DNA of 64,000 bases, from assembly GCA_044373665.1 (NCBI GenBank), contig JBIPNH010000002.1, positions 3,421 through 67,420 on the forward strand, read 5' to 3'. The position numbers were made by a program, and so were the translations under genes. This DNA comes from Bacteroidia bacterium (GTDB lineage: Bacteria > Bacteroidota > Bacteroidia > NS11-12g > UBA955). Under the pieces are notes generated by a model, which saw only the letters and a program-made list of their open reading frames with translations, made no database searches and was not told the origin of the DNA. Below are positions 55,532 to 64,000 of the stretch, in pieces. Positions within the stretch are counted from its first letter, which is position 1, and each line of letters opens with the position of its first letter.

Positions 55532-58500
55532 ATGAAAGTCAGGGAACTTGTTGAGGCTTTCGGGCAACATGAACAAATTATTGAGTTTTTGGAACAACGC
55601 AAAAACAACGGGCTTTCTATTGCCAGTTTCGAAGGGTTGTCAGGGTCTTCATTAGCAGTTGTTCTTGCTTCTATTTTTCACCAAACTCAACAAAATATGC
55701 TTGTTTTGGTTCCCGAAACCGAAGAAGCTGAGTTTTTAAGAAGTGATTTAGAGCATTTAATTTCCGAAAATGATGTATTGCTTTTGCCCGATAGTTTTAA
55801 AAAGCCATTCGATTTTGAAGAGTTAAATACTGAACAAATTCAGCGCCGAACAGAAGTAATATCCAAATTGCAACATGCTTTACATCCCTATATTGTCGTT
55901 GCTACGCCTGAAAGTATTTCTGAAAAAGTAATCAGCACAGCACAACTTAAATCCAACTCGTTTGAAGTTAAGTTAGGCGACCTTTTGGACTTGGAATTTC
56001 TGTCAGATTTTTTGGATGAAAATGAGTTTGAAAGAGAAGATTTTGTTTGTGAGCCCGGACAATATGCCATTAGAGGTGGAATTGTAGATATTTATAGTTT
56101 TAGCAACGATTTGCCATACAGAATTGTATTAGATGGCGACCAAATTGAAAGCATCAGAACCTTTGATTTGGAAACACAATTGTCTATTTCCAATATTGCC
56201 TTTTTAACTATTGTTCCCAATATACAAAGTAGCAGTATAGCAGGTGAAAAAATATCTATTTTTAAGTATTTTACTGAAGAAACCATTTGTATACTCAAAC
56301 ACTTTGATGACCAATTCCAATACCTACAGAAACAATGGGAAACCTTATTGTCAGAAAAAATAAGACCCGAAAACTATCTCATTACGCCCAATGAAATAAA
56401 AGCCAATATTACGCAAATAAAAACCATTGTAGAAGTGGGTGCAATGCGGAGTTTTAAAACAAAAAAAGCTTTTAAATTTAACACCTCTCCGCAACCTTTA
56501 TTTCAAAAAAATATTGAAATGCTACTCACTCATTTACAAGGAAATGAGCTAAAAAATATAAAAAACCTAGTATTTAGTGAAACTGGCAAACAGATAGACC
56601 GTTTGCTAACCATTATCGAAGACCGCCAAAAACAAATCAATATTGTACCCATTTATCATGGTTTGGCCGAAGGGTTTTTGGAACAAGATTTAAAATTAGC
56701 GTGTTACACCGAACACCAATTGTTTGAACGTTACTACCGTTTTAAAACCCAAAAAAGAGGTTATTCCAAAAGCACGGCAATGACTCTAAAGGAACTTAGT
56801 GAGTTGCAAGTGGGAGATTATGTAACGCATATAGACCATGGGGTTGGTAAGTTTATGGGTTTGCAGAAAACTCAAATGAATGGGGTATTGCAAGAAGCTG
56901 TAAAAATATCATACCGTGATGGCGATTTGTTGTTTATTAATGTCAACTCGTTACACAAAATATCCAAATTTACAGGCAAAGATGGTACACAGCCAAGTTT
57001 GCATAAATTGGGAAGTGGGGTGTGGGAAAAGCAAAAAGCAAGTACCAAAAAGAAAGTTAAAGACATTGCGAGGGAATTAATTGCTTTGTATGCCAAAAGA
57101 CGGGCTCAACCAGGACATGCGTTTGCCCCCGACTCATACTTGCAAGTGGAATTAGAGGCCTCCTTTTTATACGAAGACACGCCCGACCAAGCTCGGGCAA
57201 CCGAAGAAATAAAGCGCGATATGGAAACCACTAAACCCATGGATAGATTGCTATGTGGTGATGTGGGTTTTGGAAAAACGGAAGTCGCCATTCGTGCGGC
57301 CTTTAAATCTGTAGCAGATAGCAAACAAGTGGCGGTATTGGTACCAACTACTATTTTGGCACATCAACACTACAGAACATTCAAAGAACGATTGAAAGGA
57401 TTGCCTGTCAATGTTGATTATATCAACCGATTTAAAACCGCAGGGGAACAAAAGAAAACCATACAAAAAGTAAAAGATGGTCAAGTTGATATTTTAATTG
57501 GAACCCACAGAATAGTGGGGAAAGATCTTAAATTTAAAGACTTGGGACTTTTGATAATAGACGAAGAACAGAAGTTTGGGGTTGGTGTTAAAGATAAATT
57601 AAAAGAAATAAGGGCTAATGTTGATACGCTAACCTTAACAGCGACTCCTATTCCAAGAACGCTTCATTTTTCATTGATGGGAGCCAGAGATTTATCGGTT
57701 ATCAATACGCCTCCACCCAACCGTTTTCCTATCAAAACAGAGTTACATACCTTTGACAAAGAACTGATTAGAAAAGCAATTAAATACGAAATTAGCAGGG
57801 GCGGTCAGGTTTATTTTGTTCACAACAGGGTTAAGGATATTTATGAATACCAGCACATGATAGAACAATTGGTGCCGGGTGTTCGGGTTGCTATTGCCCA
57901 TGGACAAATGGATGGTTCTGAGTTGGAAGATGTAATGCTCCGATTTATGGAAGGTGATGAGGATGTATTAATCGCCACCACAATCATTGAAGCCGGTTTG
58001 GATATTACCAACTGTAATACCATCATTATAAATCAAGCGCACATGTTTGGACTAAGCGACTTGCATCAAATGAGGGGTAGGGTAGGTAGAAGCAATAAAA
58101 AAGCATATTGTTATTTATTGTCACCGCCATTAAACACGCTTACCTCGGATGCTAAAAAACGTTTGAGTACTATCGAAGAATACAGTGATTTGGGAGGCGG
58201 TTTTCATGTGGCCATGCGCGACTTAGACATACGTGGAGCAGGTAATTTATTGGGTGGCGAACAAAGCGGCTTTATAAGTGACATTGGTTTTGATACTTAC
58301 CACAAAATATTAGATGAAGCCATTCGTGAATTAAAGCACGATGAGTTTAGCGATTTATTTAAAGATCAGATTGAAAGTATCAGCAGTAGGGACTGTCAGG
58401 TAGATACGGATTTTGACATGTTGATTCCCGATACCTACATTCGGAATATGGCAGAGAGATTGAGTTTGTACACCGAATTGAGTAAAATTGAAAATGAAGA

Positions 58501-58846
58501 GGCTCTTAATAAGTTCTCGGATATGTTGATTGACAGGTTTGGAAGATATCCTCAGGAAGTGGGCATACTATTGGCTTCTATTAGGGTAAAATGGATTGGA
58601 AAATCAATGGGATTTGAAAAGATTGTGTTAGAAAAGCAAAACATGAAAGTTTATTTTCCGGCAGATGAGAAAGCTGCTTTTTACGACAGCCCTGCGTTTT
58701 CTAAAATACTACAATACATAGCAACACAACCGAATAAATTTGAGATGAAACAAACAAGCAAAACCATTATTTTATGGGTTAAGTTTATCAAAAATATCCG
58801 CGAAGCGACTGAGTTTCTGGAGGAATTAAAGGGCTTGTATGTTTAG
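55532..58846 (+). CDS. mfd: Transcription-repair coupling factor
   Basis: 1104 aa with a UvrB-homology N-terminus and a CarD-like RNAP-interaction domain (VGDYVTHIDHGVGKF). The superfamily-2 helicase motifs are GDVGFGKTE, DEEQKFG and the TRG region. A C-terminal D7 domain is present. Confidence 0.95.
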   Translation: MKVRELVEAFGQHEQIIEFLEQRKNNGLSIASFEGLSGSSLAVVLASIFHQTQQNMLVLVPETEEAEFLRSDLEHLISENDVLLLPDSFKKPFDFEELNTEQIQRRTEVISKLQHALHPYIVVATPESISEKVISTAQLKSNSFEVKLGDLLDLEFLSDFLDENEFEREDFVCEPGQYAIRGGIVDIYSFSNDLPYRIVLDGDQIESIRTFDLETQLSISNIAFLTIVPNIQSSSIAGEKISIFKYFTEETICILKHFDDQFQYLQKQWETLLSEKIRPENYLITPNEIKANITQIKTIVEVGAMRSFKTKKAFKFNTSPQPLFQKNIEMLLTHLQGNELKNIKNLVFSETGKQIDRLLTIIEDRQKQINIVPIYHGLAEGFLEQDLKLACYTEHQLFERYYRFKTQKRGYSKSTAMTLKELSELQVGDYVTHIDHGVGKFMGLQKTQMNGVLQEAVKISYRDGDLLFINVNSLHKISKFTGKDGTQPSLHKLGSGVWEKQKASTKKKVKDIARELIALYAKRRAQPGHAFAPDSYLQVELEASFLYEDTPDQARATEEIKRDMETTKPMDRLLCGDVGFGKTEVAIRAAFKSVADSKQVAVLVPTTILAHQHYRTFKERLKGLPVNVDYINRFKTAGEQKKTIQKVKDGQVDILIGTHRIVGKDLKFKDLGLLIIDEEQKFGVGVKDKLKEIRANVDTLTLTATPIPRTLHFSLMGARDLSVINTPPPNRFPIKTELHTFDKELIRKAIKYEISRGGQVYFVHNRVKDIYEYQHMIEQLVPGVRVAIAHGQMDGSELEDVMLRFMEGDEDVLIATTIIEAGLDITNCNTIIINQAHMFGLSDLHQMRGRVGRSNKKAYCYLLSPPLNTLTSDAKKRLSTIEEYSDLGGGFHVAMRDLDIRGAGNLLGGEQSGFISDIGFDTYHKILDEAIRELKHDEFSDLFKDQIESISSRDCQVDTDFDMLIPDTYIRNMAERLSLYTELSKIENEEALNKFSDMLIDRFGRYPQEVGILLASIRVKWIGKSMGFEKIVLEKQNMKVYFPADEKAAFYDSPAFSKILQYIATQPNKFEMKQTSKTIILWVKFIKNIREATEFLEELKGLYV

Positions 58847-58892
58847 AGGATTGTATTTTTCTTTTTTTAAATAATGGCCAATAGGAATGGGT

Positions 58893-59042
58893 CCAAATTC
58901 AAAACCAGTACCCATGTAATTTCAAAGTTATATATCGTGTAATTTCAAAGTACATACCCGTGTAATTTCAAAGCGATGTATTGTGTAATTTCAAAGTGTA
59001 TACCCATGTAATTTCAAAGTTACATACAGTGTAATTTCAAAG
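58893..59042. repeat. Phased tandem array: six exact GTAATTTCAAAG cores at 23-bp period plus one degenerate leading copy
   Basis: Cores lie at 58916, 58939, 58962, 58985, 59008 and 59031, each preceded by T. The 11-nt linkers are semi-conserved (about TAYATACCCRT). A degenerate copy at 58893-58904 matches 8/12. Confidence 0.95.
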
Positions 59043-59128
59043 TTGATAATTGTAAGTATATGATAATCAAATTTATAAAACAAAAATATGGTTTTTTAAA
59101 ATAGCTTTCATTTTATATAATTTTACAG

Positions 59129-59136
59129 TAATTTTG
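59129..59136 (+). promoter_or_regulatory. -7 promoter box TAATTTTG upstream of AAA ATPase gene
   Basis: Perfect TAnnTTTG, 21 nt upstream of the ATG at 59158. Confidence 0.4.
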
Positions 59137-59157
59137 TAACCTGATAAGTTGATCATT

Positions 59158-60318
59158 ATGAGTGTAAATAGGGTTATAAAAAAAGAGATGCTAATCTATA
59201 AAAATAAGTATCCTATTTTAGCATTGACTGGACCAAGGCAATCTGGGAAAACCACTTTTTTGAAAAAAGAATTTTCCGATTATCAATATATCAATATGGA
59301 AAATCCAGATTTGAGGAATTATGCGGAAAGAGACCCTAATGCATTTTTGAAACAGTATGATAAGTTTGTTATTTTAGATGAAGTGCAACGTGTGCCTTTT
59401 TTGTTTTCGTATTTGCAAGCCAAGGTAGATGAGGATCAAATCATGGGTCAATATATTTTATCGGGTTCACAAAATTTTCAATTATTACAAAATATCACTC
59501 AGAGTTTAGCTGGTAGAGTGGCTATTTTTAAGTTATTCCCTTTTGATTTGGAAGAAATGAAGTCAGCTAATTTATTGTCAAATGATTACAGCGTAAATCT
59601 GCACAAGGGATTTTATCCAGCCATTTACGACAGAGATATTCCTTCAAAGGTTTTTTACTCTAATTATGTCCAAACGTATGTGGAAAGAGATTTGTCTGAG
59701 TTAATTAATATCAAAGACTTAAAACTGTTTAAAAACTTTATTGCTTTGTGTGCAGGTAGAGCAGGGCAATTGCTCAACTTAAATGCTTTGGCAAACGATT
59801 GTGGTATTTCTCAACCAACCGCAAAATCATGGTTATCGGTTTTAGAAAGTAGTTTTATTGTTTTTCAATTACAGCCTTATTTTGTTAATTTTAATAAACG
59901 GATTACCAAAACATCCAAATTGTATTTTTATGACACAGGGTTATTGAGTTTTTTGTTAAAAATTAAAGATGCTGAAAGTGTTAAAATCAGTCAACACAAA
60001 GGAGCATTATTCGAAAATTTTGTTGTATCGGAATATGTAAAACTCAATTACCACCAACATTTACTCCGTGATATTTGGTTTTGGAAAGATGCTGTCGGTC
60101 ATGAGGTAGATTTGATATGGCAGGATGATGAATTTTTGAACCTTGTTGAAATAAAAGCTTCAGAAACAATTATGAGCGATATGTTCAAAGGGTTTGAATA
60201 CTTTGAGAAATATGCAAAAAACTTAGTTAAATCAAAAACTTTAGTTCACACAGGACTTCAAAACCAAAAGCGAACTAATGGAGAGGTTCGCAGTTGGATA
60301 GATATTGCAAAAGATTAG
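59158..60318 (+). CDS. COG1373-type AAA+ ATPase (AAA_14 and DUF4143-like C-terminal domain)
   Basis: Walker A LTGPRQSGKTT and Walker B FVILDEVQ. The C-terminal part (KLYFYDTGL...EVDLIW...VEIK) fits the DUF4143 pattern. The ATG is at 59158 (the ORF is open from a TTG at 59149). Confidence 0.8.
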   Translation: MSVNRVIKKEMLIYKNKYPILALTGPRQSGKTTFLKKEFSDYQYINMENPDLRNYAERDPNAFLKQYDKFVILDEVQRVPFLFSYLQAKVDEDQIMGQYILSGSQNFQLLQNITQSLAGRVAIFKLFPFDLEEMKSANLLSNDYSVNLHKGFYPAIYDRDIPSKVFYSNYVQTYVERDLSELINIKDLKLFKNFIALCAGRAGQLLNLNALANDCGISQPTAKSWLSVLESSFIVFQLQPYFVNFNKRITKTSKLYFYDTGLLSFLLKIKDAESVKISQHKGALFENFVVSEYVKLNYHQHLLRDIWFWKDAVGHEVDLIWQDDEFLNLVEIKASETIMSDMFKGFEYFEKYAKNLVKSKTLVHTGLQNQKRTNGEVRSWIDIAKD

Positions 60319-60343
60319 CTATAATCAAAAGGAAAACTATCCC

Positions 60344-62311
60344 CTACATATTTCTTCTGTACTGACCACCTACCTCAAACAAGGCATTGGTGATTTGTCC
60401 AAGTGAACATACTTTACAAGCTTCCATTAAGGCTTCAAACAAATTGCCGTTTTTAATCGCTATTTCTTGTAAATGTCTTAATTGCTTCTGTGAATTGTCT
60501 AACGAACGTTCTTGAAGCGATTTTAGCATGTTTATTTGGTATTGTTTTTCCTCTTCTGTAGCTCTAATAACCTCTTTTGGTAAAACAGTAGGAGACCCTT
60601 TACTGCTCAAAAATGTATTGACCCCAATAATAGGGAATTCACCTGTGTGTTTAAGTGTTTCGTAATACAAACTTTCGTCTTGAATTTTACTTCTTTGATA
60701 CATGGTTTCCATAGCACCCAAAACGCCACCACGCTCAGTAATTCTGTCAAATTCTTGCATCACCGCTTCTTCTACCAAGTCTGTCAATTCCTCAATGATA
60801 AACGAACCTTGAATAGGGTTTTCATTTTTAGAAAGACCTAATTCGCGGTTAATAATCAACTGAATGGCCATGGCACGTCTTACCGATTCCTCGGTAGGTG
60901 TCGTTATAGCCTCGTCATAAGCATTGGTATGAAGGCTGTTACAGTTGTCATAAATGGCATACAAAGCTTGTAATGTTGTACGAATGTCATTAAAGTCAAT
61001 CTCTTGAGCGTGTAAACTTCTTCCGCTTGTTTGAATGTGGTATTTCAACATTTGACTGCGTTCGTTTGCACCGTATTTTATTTTCATGGCTTTTGCCCAT
61101 ATTTTACGAGCTACTCTACCAATAACTGCATATTCTGGGTCGATACCATTGCTGAAAAAGAATGATAAGTTGGGTCCAAATTCATTGATATCCATGCCTC
61201 TGCTTAGGTAGTATTCAACATAAGTAAAGCCATTGGCCAATGTAAATGCCAATTGTGTAATTGGGTTGGCGCCGGCTTCGGCAATATGGTAACCACTGAT
61301 AGAGACAGAATAGAAGTTTCTAACCTTGTTTGTAATGAAATAGTCTTGAACATCTCCCATTAATCTCAAAGCGAATTCAGTTGAGAAAATACAGGTATTT
61401 TGTGCTTGATCTTCTTTCAAAATATCCGCTTGAACGGTTCCTCTAACTTGCGAAAGGGTGTATTTTTTTATTGCTTCGTAGGTTTCACTTGGAAGAACTT
61501 GGTCGCCCGTTACCCCTAAAAGCATTAAACCCAAACCATCATTACCTTCAGGTAATGGTCCTTGGTAGCTTGGCACTGCTTGACCTTTTGCTTTGTATAT
61601 GGCTTCAATTTTTGCTTTCACCTCTTGTTCCAAGCCATTTTGTTTGATGTGTTTTTCACATTGTTGGTCGATTGCGGCATTCATAAAGAATCCAAGTAAC
61701 ATTGGTGCAGGTCCATTAATAGTCATGGAAACCGATGTTTTAGGGTCGGCCAAATCGAAACCACTGTATAGTTTTTTGGCATCGTCAAGGCAACAAATAC
61801 TTACGCCAGAGTTGCCGATTTTACCGTAAATGTCAGGTCGAACATGAGGGTCGTTTCCATACAAAGTAACACTGTCAAAAGCAGTAGATAAGCGTTTGGC
61901 GGGCATACCCAAACTTACATAGTGAAAACGGCGATTGGTACGTTCAGGTCCGCCTTCACCGGCAAACATCCTAGTTGGGTCTTCGCCTTCACGTTTAAAC
62001 GGGTAAATACCGGCAGTGTAAGGAAATTCTCCCGGAACATTCTCCTGTAATTGCCAACGCAAACGGTCGCCCCAAGCCTTAAATTTAGGCATGGCAACTT
62101 TGGGTATTTGCGTGTGACTTAAACTTTCAGAATGGGTTTGAATACGAATTTCTTTATCTCTCACTTTGAAGATGTAAGCTTCGTCTTTGTATTTATTTGC
62201 TAAGGTATCCCAGTTGTTAATTAAGTCGTGATTTTCAGGACTAATTTGTCTTTCAAGCTTTAAGATTGCTTGTTCAATTGCTGATACTAAGTTTGGTTCT
62301 GTTGAGGCCAT
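60344..62311 (-). CDS. B12-dependent acyl-CoA mutase substrate-binding (TIM-barrel) subunit, IcmF C-terminal-like/IcmA-like; no B12-binding or G-protein domain
   Basis: 655 aa. [38 protein letters not shown] and the C-terminal [11 protein letters not shown] match the mutase large-subunit pattern. The protein ends where the catalytic barrel ends. Confidence 0.85.
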   Translation of the reverse strand: MASTEPNLVSAIEQAILKLERQISPENHDLINNWDTLANKYKDEAYIFKVRDKEIRIQTHSESLSHTQIPKVAMPKFKAWGDRLRWQLQENVPGEFPYTAGIYPFKREGEDPTRMFAGEGGPERTNRRFHYVSLGMPAKRLSTAFDSVTLYGNDPHVRPDIYGKIGNSGVSICCLDDAKKLYSGFDLADPKTSVSMTINGPAPMLLGFFMNAAIDQQCEKHIKQNGLEQEVKAKIEAIYKAKGQAVPSYQGPLPEGNDGLGLMLLGVTGDQVLPSETYEAIKKYTLSQVRGTVQADILKEDQAQNTCIFSTEFALRLMGDVQDYFITNKVRNFYSVSISGYHIAEAGANPITQLAFTLANGFTYVEYYLSRGMDINEFGPNLSFFFSNGIDPEYAVIGRVARKIWAKAMKIKYGANERSQMLKYHIQTSGRSLHAQEIDFNDIRTTLQALYAIYDNCNSLHTNAYDEAITTPTEESVRRAMAIQLIINRELGLSKNENPIQGSFIIEELTDLVEEAVMQEFDRITERGGVLGAMETMYQRSKIQDESLYYETLKHTGEFPIIGVNTFLSSKGSPTVLPKEVIRATEEEKQYQINMLKSLQERSLDNSQKQLRHLQEIAIKNGNLFEALMEACKVCSLGQITNALFEVGGQYRRNM

Positions 62312-62362
62312 AATGGTTCAGCAAAATTAAGCATTTTGATGAAATAAATACAAATTACCATT

Positions 62363-63007
62363 TTAACGATCGGGATCCCTTGAAAAATAGTAAATGATGG
62401 ATATACTTAATAAGATTAAATTAGCATTCAAATAATTCTTTACAATTTTTTCTTGTCGGGCTTTGTGTACTTGTTTTTTGTAAGCATTTTGATAAATCTC
62501 CGATTCTAAAAAAGGTGTTGCAGGCATATTTAAATGATAGGTATTGGGTGTTTTTGAATTGGAAATAACAGCGGCAATTGAACCGCTTATTAGGCTACAA
62601 AAAAGGGTAATTAAAAAGATACTTGTGCCAACATTTCTGCTGTTAAAATTAAGTTGAGCATGAGTTCTTCCAATACTGTCAATTTGTTGGCAACTAAATT
62701 GATTGATATCTATTTTATTTAGAGGTAGTTTTATAAGAGAGTAATAAAAAGTTTCTGATAGACTTTCTAATACTTGAAGTTCGCCTTTATTTTTAATAAG
62801 CGAAATGGTCTTTAAAGGGACTTTAAACACAGGGCCTAATGTGTCATTAAAGTAAACATATTCAATTTCATTGTTTTCATTTTCGGCAACCAGTATTTTA
62901 ACTTTTACGGAATTTCCATTTTTAAACAGAATAACATCTTGGGCAAAGTTTTTTTGACAGATAAAAAACAAGAGAAAGACTAAAACAAGTTTGGTGTATT
63001 TTGACAT
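62363..63007 (-). CDS. Hypothetical exported/membrane protein
   Basis: 214 aa with a signal peptide (LLFFICQKNFAQD) and two C-terminal hydrophobic segments. I recognised no family. Confidence 0.5.
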   Translation of the reverse strand: MSKYTKLVLVFLLFFICQKNFAQDVILFKNGNSVKVKILVAENENNEIEYVYFNDTLGPVFKVPLKTISLIKNKGELQVLESLSETFYYSLIKLPLNKIDINQFSCQQIDSIGRTHAQLNFNSRNVGTSIFLITLFCSLISGSIAAVISNSKTPNTYHLNMPATPFLESEIYQNAYKKQVHKARQEKIVKNYLNANLILLSISIIYYFSRDPDR

Positions 63008-63083
63008 AATTTATAATATATATATTTCAAATTAAAGGAAAATAAATTATATAAAAAAGCAGTGTACTTGGATTGCCAAAATT

Positions 63084-63160
63084 TATGCCGTTGTTGGTCT
63101 CATCACCAACAACCCTTTATTCATTTGTTTGTCTTTAGTGATAACTCCAACAACGGCATA
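63084..63160. other. Three-arm inverted-repeat element: TATGCCGTTGTTGG (63084-63097), CCAACAAC (63106-63113), CCAACAACGGCATA (63147-63160) followed by T6
   Basis: The outer arms are a perfect 14-bp inverted repeat. The inner arm can form an 8-bp stem with an 8-nt loop against the same left arm. Confidence 0.7.
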
Positions 63161-63282
63161 TTTTTTAAGTTTTTAATTGAATCCGTTTGTAATGTTTTTG
63201 AATTATTAAAAACTCATATACATTTTTGACTTTTGGTAAATACATTTTAATTGTTAAAAAAGTATTAAATTCGCAACATATT

Positions 63283-64000
63283 ATGGCATATCGTTGGACA
63301 GCTTTCCCCAAATTAAATGATAAAAAAATTGAACAGCTCGCCCAAGCCATCAATGTTTCTAAACCTATTGCTACTCTCTTAATTCAAAGAGGAATTGAAA
63401 CTTACGACCAAGCAAAAAAATTCTTTAATCCCCAATTAACCGATTTATACGACCCCTTCTTGATGAAAGAAATGGATTTGGCTATTGAAAGAATTAACTT
63501 GGCATTGGCCTCCAAAGAAAGAATAATGGTTTACGGTGATTATGATGTGGATGGAACCACTTCTGTTGCTACCGTTTTCTCCTATTTTAGCAAGTTTACA
63601 GACAATATAGAATACTACATTCCCGATAGATACAAGGAAGGTTACGGTGTTTCCAAAATCGGAATTGACTATGCCGCAGAAACAGCTGTAAAACTCATTA
63701 TTGCGCTCGACTGTGGAACCCGTTCTATCGAACTTATCGATTATGCCAAATCCCTAGGCATAGATTTCATCGTGTGCGACCACCATTTACCCGGTGATGA
63801 ATTGCCTAAAGCGGTTGCACTCCTAAATCCCAAACGTGCCGATTGCCCTTATCCTTACAAGGAATTGTCGGGTTGTGGTATCGGATTTAAACTGATTCAA
63901 GCCTTTGCCCAAGCCAATGACTATTCGTTTGATGAGGTTTGTAAATACTTAGATTTAGTCGCTGTTAGTACATGTAGCGATATTGTTGAAATTAAAGACG
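63283..64000 (+). CDS. recJ: Single-stranded-DNA-specific exonuclease RecJ, N-terminal part (3' end beyond window)
   Basis: Not in the ORF track because no stop is reached. The translation from the ATG at 63283 reads MAYRWTAF... It has the DHH motifs YGDYDVDGTTS, ALDCG and VCDHH. Confidence 0.9.
   Translation, partial: MAYRWTAFPKLNDKKIEQLAQAINVSKPIATLLIQRGIETYDQAKKFFNPQLTDLYDPFLMKEMDLAIERINLALASKERIMVYGDYDVDGTTSVATVFSYFSKFTDNIEYYIPDRYKEGYGVSKIGIDYAAETAVKLIIALDCGTRSIELIDYAKSLGIDFIVCDHHLPGDELPKAVALLNPKRADCPYPYKELSGCGIGFKLIQAFAQANDYSFDEVCKYLDLVAVSTCSDIVEIKD

Noticed and set aside
58916-59042. Possible miniature CRISPR array
   Set aside because: The repeat core is only 12-13 nt and the spacers 10-11 nt, far below CRISPR repeat and spacer sizes. 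The spacers resemble one another, and no cas genes are present.
63165-63353. 62-aa minus-strand ORF
   Set aside because: It overlaps the clear recJ start (ATG 63283, DHH motifs downstream) and the upstream regulatory region. It has no coding-like features.
1-64000. Search for tRNA, rRNA, transposase, integrase, toxin-antitoxin or restriction-modification genes
   Set aside because: No intergenic region shows tRNA-like GC-rich cloverleaf segments or rRNA. No ORF shows DDE/tyrosine/serine recombinase, methyltransferase-endonuclease or classic TA motifs.

Overview
This is a 64-kb, visibly AT-rich chromosomal segment. Gene content, recurring TAnnTTTG -7 promoter boxes and many type IX secretion (T9SS) C-terminal sorting domains point to a Bacteroidota (Flavobacteriia-like) genome. 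About 47 protein-coding genes are supported. They are densely packed, with many start/stop overlaps. Housekeeping content includes the conserved block miaB, sigma54 activator, lptE-like, acidic TPR protein and secG. It also includes metG, mfd, recJ (3' end outside the window), an rsmF-like m5C methyltransferase, a fused E1 alpha/beta 2-oxoacid dehydrogenase, an S41 C-terminal processing protease and an AsmA-family protein. Envelope and accessory content includes five T9SS cargo genes: two paralogous S8 subtilases, an SGNH plus beta-helix enzyme, a C25-like protein and a type-B-CTD PKD protein. There is also an Arn-like SDR/GT2/GT-C module and a translationally coupled five-gene SpoIIM-like/DUF4129-like/DUF4350-like/MoxR/DUF58 operon. 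I recognised no rRNA, tRNA, CRISPR array, transposase or integrase. Five signals stand out. (1) A perfectly phased 6 x 23-bp array with an invariant TGTAATTTCAAAG core (58916-59042) lies upstream of a solitary COG1373-type AAA ATPase. (2) A ~1-kb DUF2975-like + XRE-HTH cassette is bracketed by 26-bp perfect (about 42-bp extended) direct repeats and preceded by a 29-bp perfect palindrome over its promoter. (3) A PLP aminotransferase is translationally coupled to an unusual FAD-monooxygenase::DsbA/SpxH-like (CxxC) fusion protein. (4) The MoxR-centred five-gene membrane operon has unknown function. (5) A three-arm inverted-repeat element lies in the divergent region upstream of recJ. All family assignments come from motif recognition by eye, not from database searches.
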